NCBI GenBank assembly: GCA_003164755.1
Contig: PLUB01000061.1
Location: 102-64,101, forward strand
DNA: 64,000 bases
Direction: 5' to 3'
From: Methanosarcina sp.
GTDB lineage: Archaea; Halobacteriota; Methanosarcinia; Methanosarcinales; Methanosarcinaceae
Below are positions 32,589-42,427 of this stretch, one piece after another. Position numbers and translations under genes: made by a program. Below the pieces are notes generated by a model that saw nothing but the letters and a program-made list of their open reading frames with translations, ran no database searches and was not told the DNA's origin. Every line of letters starts with the position of its first letter. Positions within the stretch are counted from its first letter, which is position 1.

Positions 32589-33835
32589 TCAGATATTTAG
32601 ATATTCTAAGGGGACATCTGGGTTTTTGGCATGAGCTACCGGGAGATCTGAAAAAGTGTGAAGTCCTCTTTTAGCCGCATGTACCCCCCACCTGCAATAT
32701 TTAGGAGAATGATATCCTCTGTCCCAATATTTCCGGTTTTTACAGCTTTTAACAGGGAACCTACAGCAACCGCGGATGGAGGCAGTATGTATCCCCTCCA
32801 GCGATTCGAAAAGGACCTTAGCCTCAAGGACTTCTTTTCTGGTAATTGCGTACATCACCCCATCAGTATCGACAAGTGCGTCGTAGAGTCCTCCTTTTAT
32901 GCCATAAGGTGGAGTCAGATTTGTAAGAACCGATGCATAAGTTTCCTCTATCTGTTTCTTAGAATCCTTCATATCAATCTCAGGAATAATTTCTCTTCTT
33001 TTTGCCTGCCAGGCATTATAGATGGGTACAAAAAGCAGGTTCTGAGCGAGCTGTAATTTCGGAAGTTTCTGCCCGAATCGTCCGTCGGCCCTTAAGCGTA
33101 AGGAGGCGTCCCATGCTGAAATTCCTCAGGTACCACTCCCTACTGCCTGAAAATAGTGATCAGGCATTTTTCCTATGGTTACCGCTGCATCCAGCATCAT
33201 AGTACCCATTCCATCTCTTCTGGCGACATTTCTCGCTCCGCCTTCAGGAACCATGCCAGGCAATTTTACAATCCTTCCTGCAAGGTTGATAGCATCAGTG
33301 TAATCGTTTCCGGTACCCATACTGATAAAATGAATAGATTCAGTTGGTTTTTCGGGCAGCTATAGACTTGAAATTCCTGAATATGGAACTACTATGTAGA
33401 CATCTATCCCTGTTAAAACCGATACATAAGCAAATGCCCTACCCCTATTTCCAGCAGAGGCAAGGACTATAGCTTTTCCACCGCTTTCTTTTAGAAGCTG
33501 CATGGTAGGGTAAGCTTCAAGCTCTTTGAAACTGCAGGTTTTGATAAAAGATCCTCTTTCAGGCAGTATCCGCTGAACCCTATGTGGAGGTTAGGAAGCC
33601 CGAATTCCCTGGCAAAGGCTTCACTTTTGTAAGTCATGGGTCCGGCATCCGTAGTAAGTTCTTCCTGAATCGGAAGCCAAGAATGAAACCTTCCCATTCC
33701 AAGCTGATTTCGCAGATCCAGCCTTTTTTCAAAATATTCCGCCCGCAAGATTGAGTCATCGTTCTCACAGGTAAGCCTGTAATGAGGACCATATTCTTTT
33801 CCGCACTTCATACATTTTATTTTGAATTTTCCCAT
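32589..33835 (-). pseudogene. cysteate synthase (threonine-synthase homolog of the Methanosarcinales CoM pathway) with five lesions
   Basis: MGKFKIKCMKCGKEYGPHYRLTCENDD...GFSGY, then a 1-nt loss near 33563 (tac tgc ctg for tac tgg cct). In-frame TAG at 33360-33362 (SSL*LPEKP). In-frame TGA at 33126-33128 (GSGT*GISAW). A compensating pair of frameshifts near 32790 and 32645 scrambles about 50 aa (true frame ILPPSAVAVGSLLKAVKTGNIGTEDIILLNIAGGG). Ends ...NPDVPLEYLNI. Confidence 0.8.
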
Positions 33836-34078
33836 TGCTATCAAAGCAAATTGGGTTTCTCTTGTTAAATATATATTCCTGAAATAGGAATAAAATTAAG
33901 CCAATAGGTTTTTCAAAAAGAATTAAGCTTCTAAACAATCAAATTGAGCTTTAATGAACATAGTTTTAACTTTTGCAGAGAGCACAGGATACTAAAAAAA
34001 GAAGAATGGAGTTTTGGAAAAAAAGATGCTTAAAGAATTATTTGGGAATTAATCGATATAAATGAATACACCACTTAC

Positions 34079-34200
34079 GCCGATGTACACAAGATTTCGA
34101 TCTATTTTCTCGATATGAAAGTAGCTTAAAAATTAATCTGACTCTCACTGAATAATAGTATGCAAATGAGAAAGAAAATTATATATCTGTATAAATTGAG
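34079..34200 (+). repeat. family B element, copy 5
   Basis: gccgatgtacacaagatttcgatc...gaaagtagcttaaaaattaatc...atatatctgtataaattgag. Confidence 0.6.
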
Positions 34201-34372
34201 GAAATGCCAGAGCATTAAGAGAGTTGTTAAATATAGTTTTTTTCTGCAATATAATCAAATTACGGATCAAATTCGGATATTCAGTCTTTCTAAAAGGAAA
34301 AAAATGTTTATAGAGGAATATAATCCAAATAAAATTAATGAGACCTTTTATGTAAATTGCAGCTCATGGCAA

Positions 34373-35001
34373 CTAAGATTCTAAAATTGCGCGCCCCAAA
34401 CATATAATATTCTTTACATATAGAGGGTTTTCTGCATTCCCTTTTTTTGCTTCATTTTCTCGAGGTTTATCCGTTTTTGCATGTCCAGGATATGAATGGA
34501 TAAAAGTAGCATCTTGAATTATTCCCTTTTTTATTTTCAAAACAAAGCAATTAAATTGGCTTTGCAACTATCCCCATATTTATTCTTCTATGCAGTTCTC
34601 AATAATTTTCTTTCTTAATAATAAAATTGTGTTACTTTCTAGTATGTACTGAGGAAAACAAAGAAATTTCCTGATAGAAATTCAACCAGTACATTGTTTC
34701 TCAAGTTAAAAGTCAGAAAGACTATGTGTTGCTGTAAAATAAGTATTTTTAACATAATAATGATATCACTTCAGGTTTTCTTAATAAATTGTTTTGTTAA
34801 AATATATTAATTCAAAAATGATATGAAAAGACTTTCAATCAATAAAGAAGCAATTTAAACAAGATTGTCTCCAACTAACTGAAGACGGTTATATTCTTCT
34901 TTAAGAGCAAAATCAGTAAGAGCTTTCATAAGTAGAAATTATTGTCAAGAGATATATAAATCTCCAATGCCCAGATGCATAGGAATTTGTCGAAATTATC
35001 T
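34373..35001 (-). mobile_element. decayed IS5/IS1182-type element (copy D2, longest remnant)
   Basis: Reverse complement aligns with D1 from the terminus agataatttcgacaaattc onward. ORF 34373..34567 retains KKGIIQDATFIHSYPG, the first catalytic-region signature of IS5-type DDE transposases. Confidence 0.65.
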
Positions 35002-35043
35002 AAAATATGTGCAAATATGAAAAAAATATAGTGCCCTTATTTT

Positions 35044-35841
35044 TTAATATATATTTTGAAATTTTTCATTCATTAAAATACATGTAAGATAGTTTGCGGT
35101 TATCTGGAAAATCAGGATGAAAATCACCAACAATATAACATCCAGAAACGGTGAAAAAAGTGTTTTACCAGTATACGCATATTCAATCATATCATTTCCA
35201 TATGTTAGTGGTGATATAAGTGCAATCTCTTGACCGATATGAGACATTGAAGATATCGGAACAAAAACACCCGAGATAAAAATAAGAGGTAGTCTCACTG
35301 TATTAAGCATAGACATAACCTCCCCCCCATTCTCGGTAGGGTATGCAGCAAACAGTGTTCCAAGAGTCGCAAAACAGAATGCAGTGAGCATCATAGAAAT
35401 AACAAGTAAAAGTGTATTTGCAATAGGCGTACTGGAAAAGATAATACCGATTACAAGTGGAAAACATGCGATGCCTAGACTGTAGAAAAATCCACTCAGG
35501 CTCTCACCCACCACTAGTGAATACAGTGAAATCGGAGCAGCAAGCAATCGTTCAAAAGTTTTTACCTGCCTTTCGATAGGTATCGAAACCGGTTCTATTG
35601 ATGAAACCGAAAACAGAAGAGTAATCGAGATCAACCCCGGGATCAGGGGACCTGGAGATGTGTTCTTTCCAATAGCAAAGACCAGGAACATAACAAGCGG
35701 AAAGATAATACCTGAAACGATGACATGTGGCTTGAAGTAGTAGATCAACATGTCCTTTTTAGCAATTGCCCATGCAGCCGATATCCCACATGAAAGATGT
35801 TTTATCCATCTCGCATGATTAATAGATCGCATGGATTCCAT
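35044..35841 (-). CDS. ABC-2 type transporter permease
   Basis: Six-TM pattern, ...ERLLAAPISLYSLVVGE... typical of ABC-2 permeases. Likely start is ATG 35841 (MESMRS), overlapping the end of the ATPase remnant. Confidence 0.7.
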   Translation of the reverse strand: MESMRSINHARWIKHLSCGISAAWAIAKKDMLIYYFKPHVIVSGIIFPLVMFLVFAIGKNTSPGPLIPGLISITLLFSVSSIEPVSIPIERQVKTFERLLAAPISLYSLVVGESLSGFFYSLGIACFPLVIGIIFSSTPIANTLLLVISMMLTAFCFATLGTLFAAYPTENGGEVMSMLNTVRLPLIFISGVFVPISSMSHIGQEIALISPLTYGNDMIEYAYTGKTLFSPFLDVILLVIFILIFQITANYLTCILMNEKFQNIY

Positions 35842-35995
35842 CACCTGCACGCTGAAGACCAGTAAACTTGACAAATACATCCTCGAGGCCCGGACCAAGT
35901 GTCAAGATCAGAATAATTTTAAGATTATGCGCACACGCATAAGCTACTAAGGCATCAATAACCTTAGATGAATCTTCTGTATAGAGCTTAACCTT
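35819..35995 (-). pseudogene. C-terminal ~58-aa remnant of the cognate ABC ATPase
   Basis: KVKLYTEDSSKVIDALVAYACAHNLKIILILTLGPGLEDVFVKFTGLQ... (the LEDVF.K.TG ending of ABC-2 ATPases). Everything upstream is replaced by the repeat block 36031-36233. Confidence 0.6.
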
Positions 35996-36030
35996 TACAT
36001 TTGGTTAGTTATCTCATGAAACGAATTGGT

Positions 36031-36117
36031 ATTAAAGTATTGTTCGATATTAAAACATTTTATTGGAACTAAGTTTTATTCAGAAACTATTTTTTTTATA
36101 ATTAATTTAAAATGAAG
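36031..36117 (+). promoter_or_regulatory. promoter/leader module, orphan copy E5
   Basis: attaaagtattgttcgatattaaaacattttattggaactaagttttattcagaaactattttttttataattaatttaaaatgaag. No downstream gene on the + strand. Confidence 0.45.
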
Positions 36118-36146
36118 AAGTAAATAATTGCATATTGTAGTCCAAA

Positions 36147-36233
36147 GAGCATTTCATTAAACACCTAAAATTTATCAGATGCTTATAAATACTATATGGA
36201 AAACTCATGAAAATCATAGATTTATCGAAATCC
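36147..36233. mobile_element. family C MITE-like element, copy 6
   Basis: gagcatttcattaaac ... gatttatcgaaatcc. Confidence 0.55.
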
Positions 36234-36363
36234 TTTTAAAAATCTATATTAAATAGAGTGATAGCAGCTGGTATAATTTTTTTATTTCTTAACTCATTGA
36301 ATTTCTTCATAAAAGAGGATAAAAGGTTAATTAAAACCGATTGAAAGCTATAACAAATCTTCC

Positions 36364-36822
36364 CTATGTATAAAAGGTGTTAGGGGTAGAGTTTGTATTT
36401 AGGATATTCCTTCTTGTACCATCAGGATAAACAAGTGTAAGGATATCAGGCTGTATATCGAATTTTCGGGATTCATGCAAGTAGAACTGATCACTTTTCC
36501 GGGAAATATTTGACACAAGAAGTGAAGCACTATTACTTCTTATCTTAAGGATCTTTACATCACTGAAATCAGCAAAAATTTCTTTCATCTTGGGCTCCAG
36601 GTGCTTACTCCCAAAAAGGAATAGGTACGCTTCAGCGAAAGGGCTAAGATGGTATTCTACATGGACATTCCCATTAGACTTATTAAACTCGATTACCACA
36701 CTATCAATATGGATATATTTACCTTCCCTGAACTGATCCGTGTTAACTTCTTGAAATAATTTTGCAGCCAATAAAATAGCTGAGATGATAAGAGCAATTG
36801 CGATTATCAGTTTTGTTTCCAT
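36364..36822 (-). CDS. membrane-anchored protein, unknown function
   Basis: 152-aa ORF with an N-terminal TM helix (LIIAIALIISAILLAAKLF). No family recognised. Confidence 0.55.
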   Translation of the reverse strand: METKLIIAIALIISAILLAAKLFQEVNTDQFREGKYIHIDSVVIEFNKSNGNVHVEYHLSPFAEAYLFLFGSKHLEPKMKEIFADFSDVKILKIRSNSASLLVSNISRKSDQFYLHESRKFDIQPDILTLVYPDGTRRNILNTNSTPNTFYT

Positions 36823-36971
36823 GATACTTCCTTAGTTATAATTCTCTTTTCTAATATTTCTTTCCACAAATATTTTTCCCTGAAGACCTCCCTTCCCTGC
36901 AAATCAGAAAGCGATATAATTTTTCCTGGTACATGCTTATTTTTTTACGGGACATTTTACCTGAAAAGATT

Positions 36972-37146
36972 ATTTCAGTCGAATACCCTACCGACTTCTG
37001 TATAGATGAAAACTTCCCTGCGAACTGTTATTAACTAAGGTATTTATATTCTAAGCTACTTTTGCACTATAAAATAGGACTATGGGATGCAAACTATTAT
37101 GTCTATAGAAGAAGATAACACCTATTTTTTGTGAGAAAACTTATGT
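36972..37146 (+). repeat. family G repeat, copy 2
   Basis: atttcagtcgaataccctaccgacttctg...aagctacttttgcactataaaataggactatgggatgcaaac... Confidence 0.6.
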
Positions 37147-37249
37147 ATTTTCATATTTTCCAGCCTAAATCATAGGACATTTTTACCAAATTATGCAGAA
37201 GAGGCTTAGTTTTATAAAAACATGTGTCATGTTCAAAAAATTGCTATAT

Positions 37250-37783
37250 TTATCTTGCGACACATGGCAAGCATATCATCTCTGGATTGACATCGTAGGT
37301 CCAGATAATCCGGAATTCTTCCACAATTCTTCATCCGCTTTTCCATGGTTTACGCTTTCGGGGTCGTCCACCTAGTCCCCTTACATGCCATAGATGATAC
37401 TGCAGACTTTTACAAACCGTCTTTGACACGTGCGTTGAACTCCCTGACACCACGGTTCCCCGACCCTCCAGGCCATAAAAGCGCATTTGGGCGCAAACAT
37501 ACCCTAAGTAGGAGATGAAATGTAGAGTTAACTCAACAACGAACGCGTTGTTGTCAGCGTCACACTAATGTTTTTCGGAGATAATCGGAATTTCCTCGCC
37601 ATTTCCGGATGGCCAACGAAAACGTACTCTTCAGTGGTGCAAACTCGAGGATGTTGACCCGCTTGAGATGATCTTCCACAAATCGTAAGCTTCTTGCGCC
37701 GTCATATAAAGCCCCAAGATTGTCTGCTTTCCTTTAGGCACTTGGTGACTCGGTTGAGAGTTTGACCCGTCATTAGTCGTCAT
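37250..37783 (-). pseudogene. rhodanese-domain sulfurtransferase, multiply frameshifted
   Basis: aaaggagataatc-ATG(37783) MTTNDGSNSQPSHQVPKGKQTILGLYMTAQEAYDLWK, then pieces in three frames: DHLKRVNILE / TTEEYVFVGHPEMA / EEIPIISEKH / ...GGSGNRG... / WTYDVNPEMI. Resembles single-domain rhodaneses. Confidence 0.5.
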
Positions 37784-37893
37784 GATTATCTCCTTTAAGT
37801 ACGAGACATCCAGTACTGTCATACAGATTCGATGTGGCAGTCGGATCCGCGAATCGACCCTGTGGCACGCTTCGTTGAGGTCACCTTCTGCCG

Positions 37894-38996
37894 CTACTCC
37901 TCTAGCAGCTCTTTCGTCGCCTTCTCAAGGAACTCCGGTGCGACCCACTCATGCACATCGAAGTCGTTCTCGATGTAGCCGTGGCTCAGCATGAAGTCCT
38001 TGCCGATCTCAATGGCTACCAGGTTCTGAGGCGACAGATTGGGTACCATGTCGATGTTCTTGATGTTTTGGTACGTATTCTCGACGTCCAGGTAGAATGT
38101 CTGCTTGTCAAGTATTGCAGTTGCAGCGTGCTTGTGCTCTTCAGCCCACCGCGCCCCACTTTGATCATGCCTTTCATAAACGCGACAATGAGTTCGGAAT
38201 GCTTCACAGCCATCTCTTAGGTGCACATGATGACGGTGGGAACGTTGGCCATCTGCAAGGTCCAGTCTGGATACCGGGATAAGTCCTCAATCGCCTTGAA
38301 CTTGCCAGTCGCCTCCTGGAGATGCTGACAGGGGCAGCTCTGGGTGTAGATCGCATCGACTATGCCCTTTTCCAGCGCACTATCAAGCGGATGGAAGGCC
38401 AAGTCGTGCTTGTGGTCACGCTTGAGCCACAACTCCGACGGGTTGTCCATGGGCTCCAGCATTTTGGGATCGTCGTACAGTCATCCGGGTAGGGAACTTC
38501 CACGACTTCCACGTCGTCGCGAGTCAGGTCGTTCAGCATCAGTTCAATATCCTGTTCCTCCTGGATTCACCACCACCGTTCTTGATCGTGTTCAGGCTCT
38601 TTGTAAGGCCGATCTTTTTGCCCTTGAGATCTTTCAGCCTGTAGATATTGTCCCTAGCGCACACCATCGTGCAGCCGCCTTCATATACGGGTGTCGACCC
38701 AAGGAACCTGGGCCTGCGGATGTCGGCGTGAACGTGGATGGGGGGTAATAGACTGCCGAAGCGGATGAGGTTGTCGAGGTTGTGGATGTAGTGAGGATAG
38801 TAGTCATTTTCACGCACCGAGCGGAGAAAAGCGTACTTGACGCCGATCTTCTTGAACTCTCTTTTGTCCAACCCAGTTCTTGGTCGATATTGCTGGGGGA
38901 CACGAGGGGACAATTGGTGTAGTAAACCTCTTTCCAATCCAACGGTACCGTGCTGAATTTCTTTTCTTCTTGCTTGGATACATCTGATTTATTCAT
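37894..38996 (-). pseudogene. DszB / SsuA-type (NMT1-like periplasmic-binding-fold) protein, about five frame disruptions
   Basis: Pieces in order: MNKSDVSKQEEKKFSTVPLDWKEVYYTNCPLVSPSNI / FKKIGVKYAFLRSVREN...IRFGSLLPPIHVHADIRRPRFLGSTPVYEGG...LKGKKIGLTKS / ...TRDDVEVVEVPYPDD / MLEPMDNPSELWLKRDHKHDLAFHPLDSALEKGIVDAIYTQS... / WAEEHKHAATAIL...DVHEWVAPEFLEKATKELLEE. The YxNCP, RFGxxxPP and WxAPEFL landmarks match my memory of 2-hydroxybiphenyl-2-sulfinate desulfinase DszB. Confidence 0.5.
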
Positions 38997-39698
38997 TAGT
39001 ACTCTCCTTTACTCAATTTGTAATTTTATGTCGAATATGCTATTATGAAAAATAAGAAGAAACTCAGCCCTTTCTCTATCAAGTGTTACAACAGTTTCAT
39101 CAGTTACATCTCGAGCCTATCCCGAAACTAGCATTATGTTGAAATTAGAAAGATATAATAATATATCTCCATGGAATCGGTGATGCTATGGTAATTCATA
39201 GAACCTCATCTCCTCTATATAAACCACAAACAGGAATATCTGTAACTATTTCAAACAATAAAATTAATGTAGATATATATATCAGTTTAGATAATATTCC
39301 TAAAGATCAGAGCCACAACTTCATAAAGCTATATTATGAAAAATAATACCCTTGTCGCGGAAATTTCTTTAAGTTTGATTCGCGAGAATAGAACGTATTA
39401 GAAGCTCGTGGGTTGGTAAAAGTCCTAGAGTTACAGTTATATAGGAAAATTCTGAGTGAGAGAATGTGCAATGAAATTTAAATAAGTCTGAGCCTTATTA
39501 CCGGACCTTCGCACAATGGATTACAACCCTGCTGATAACAACCCATTTGATGGGCAAGTGATCTAGATTACCAGCTGATAAAACTATTTATTTAGGCTCT
39601 TCTACATTGTAAAAGCTCTCCGATTAAAGATTGCAAAAAGACATTCTGCTTTGATCGACGGGATATTCGATATCTATTAGTGATTGGAGGGAATAGAT

Positions 39699-42065
39699 AT
39701 GTCATTGAAAGAGTATAAATCCGGAACCACTTTTCCAGGCGTAATAGAGCGCACAGCGGACAAGTAAGAACCAGCCTGGCCAGAACCACTACGTGCTAAA
39801 GAGAATGCACCCAACATACTGTTCATTGTGCTGGACGATACAGGGTTTGGACAACTGGGGTGCTATGGCAGCCCTATCAAAATACCCAATCTGGACAGCT
39901 TGGCTGCTAATGGTCTTGCTTATAGCAATATGCATACTACTGCGCTATGCTCGCCTAGCCGCTCATGTATGCTTACCGGTCGAAACCACCATTCTAACAA
40001 CATGGCCTGCATTACCAGAGGGCTCAACCGGTTATCCAGGCTATAACGGGTAATATACCTTTTGAGAACGGCTTTTTGTCAGAGATGCTTCTGCAGCATG
40101 GTTACAACACCTATGCTATCGGCAAATGGCACCTGACACCTGCTAACCAAATATCGGCAGGTGGGCCTTATGACAGGTGGCCTTTGGGACGAGGTTTCGA
40201 ATGCTTCTACGGTTTTTTAGGAGCTGAAACAAACCAGTATTACCCTGAACTGATCTATGATAATCATTCCATAGACCCTCCCAAAACTCCAGAAGAAGGC
40301 TACACAATGAATGAGGATATAGTAAACAGGACTATCCAATTCATTGCTGACTCTAAACAAGTCACACCCAGCAAGCCCTTTTCCATGTATTTCTGTCCAG
40401 GAGCCATGCATGCCCTTCACCACATTCCTAAAGAATGGGCAGACAAATACAAAGGAAAATTCGATGACGGCTGGGAAGCTTATCGGAAGAGAACATTTTC
40501 CTGGCAGAAGGAATTTGGTATTATTCCAAAAGAAACAGAGCTGTCTCGCCATGATCCAGATGTCAAGCCCTGGGATCAATGCTCACCTGAAGAAAAGAAA
40601 ACTCTATGCCCGTATGATGGAGGTCTTTGCTGAGTTCCTAGAACACACAGACTACTACATTGGGAGACTATTGCAATTCTTGAAAGATGTTGATGAATTT
40701 GAGAATACGTTGATCATGGTAATTTCAGATAATGGAGCAAGTGCTGAGGGTGGTCCCACAGGACCAATTAACGAGTCCAGGTTTTTCAATAACGTGCCTG
40801 AATCTCTCGAGGAGAATCTCGCAGCTCTGGATAAACTTGGAGGTCCAGAGACTTACAACCATTATGCATGGGGCTGGACATTTGCTGGAAACACACCCTT
40901 TCGCCGCTGGAAACGAGAGACTTATCGCGGCGGCATCAGTGATCCCTTTTATAGTCCACTGGCCCAAAGGAATTAAAGCTAAAGGCGAGATTCGCACTCA
41001 GTATGCTCACGCTATCGATATGATACCTACAGTTCTAGAATGCTTGGGAATTGAGCCTCCGAAGATTATCAAAGGTGTAAGCCAATCGCCTATCGAGGGC
41101 GTAAGTTTTGCACATACCTTCGACGATGCCAGTACGCCTACCAGGCACCACACCCAGTACTTCGAGATGATGGGGCACCGCTCCCTCTGTATCATGATGG
41201 TTGGCGTGCCGTATGTCCATGGCCTGGTCCTTCTTTCACTGAAGCAGGAAAACCTTTTGGAGAACCAATTTCTGCAAATACATTAACTGAGCTTGATGCA
41301 AAAGGCTGGGAGCTTTATCATGTTGAGAAAGACTGGACAGAGAATTATAACGTGGCTGCAGAAAATCGGCCGAAGTTAATCGAGATGATTTCAATCTGGT
41401 ACACAGAGGCCGGGAAATATAATGTGTTGCCTATCGATGGTCGTGGGGTTCTGCGTGGTTTCTATTAACGGCCAAGTGTTGCAATTAATCGAACGCATTA
41501 TACCTATTACCCTGGAACTCAGGAAATCCCCGCAACTGTAGCAGTCAACATCCTCAACCGCTCGCATAGTATTTTAGCTGATGTTGAGATCCCTACAGGA
41601 GGAGCTGAAGGGATATTACTCTCTCATGGTGGTGTCGACGGCGGATATTCATTCTATGTTCAATACGGAAAGCTTCACTGGGCACACAACTACGTATCTA
41701 GGGCTTTATATCATATAGAGTCCAATGAGAATGTTCTTGAAGGGAGACATCAACTTGGCTTTGAGTTTGAGGTGACAGATAAGCCAGATATTGCTAATGG
41801 CAAGGGCTCACCTGGAATTGCTAAGCTTTTTATAGACAGAAAATTAGTCGGCCAAACTGATGTATCGGTGACTACTCCACTTTCATTAGGGCTAACTGGC
41901 GGAGTTAACCTGTGGGTCAGCTCCATAGGTCACCAGTCACACCTGGACTACCAGCCTCCCTTGGGGGAGTTCACAGACAAGATCTATAACATGATTGTGG
42001 ATGTCAGTGGCCAGCTGATAGAAGACAAAGGAGCTGAGATGCATATTGCCATGGCCCGCCAATGA
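39699..42065 (+). pseudogene. arylsulfatase (formylglycine type), at least seven disruptions
   Basis: ggagg-ATG(39699). In-frame TAA at 39765-39767. NILFIVLDDTGFGQLGCYGS, sulfatase signature ALCSPSRSCMLTGRNHH, GKWHLTP, VISDNGAS and YRGGISDPF are spread over ORF-track pieces 39828.., 40076.., 40344.., 40732.. and 41772..42065 in changing frames. Confidence 0.8.
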
Positions 42066-42427
42066 GATTGAAATATCATATTGACGGCTTTGAATGACTA
42101 TCCTGACAAAAGTATCATGCTTCGATCACTCGCTAAAGGCCAGCTAACCAGGTAATAAATAAAAAATAAATATTGCTCTTTTTATCGGGTTGCTGCTCTA
42201 TATTATTTCCGATCCATCAAAGCGCCGTTATTTATTTTTAAAATCATTACCACATCTGAAAATTGTCGACTCGTTTTCCTGGTTATCGAACTAATGATAG
42301 TATGTACAGATAGCATTTACTCAACCGGAAAATGATTAATAGGAAATGAAATGATAGATAATGCAAGTACATGGAATACAATGACAAGAAGCTCTATCTT
42401 ATAGAAAATTGAATGTTTGTTTAAGAG

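Noticed and set aside
34160-34384. 74-aa + strand ORF
   Set aside because: It spans family B copy 5 and the edge of IS remnant D2. AT-rich, with no support.
37193-38748. + strand ORFs 37193..37375, 37782..37994, 37951..38220, 38097..38282 and 38362..38748
   Set aside because: They are antisense shadows of the rhodanese and DszB-like pseudogenes in a GC-elevated segment.
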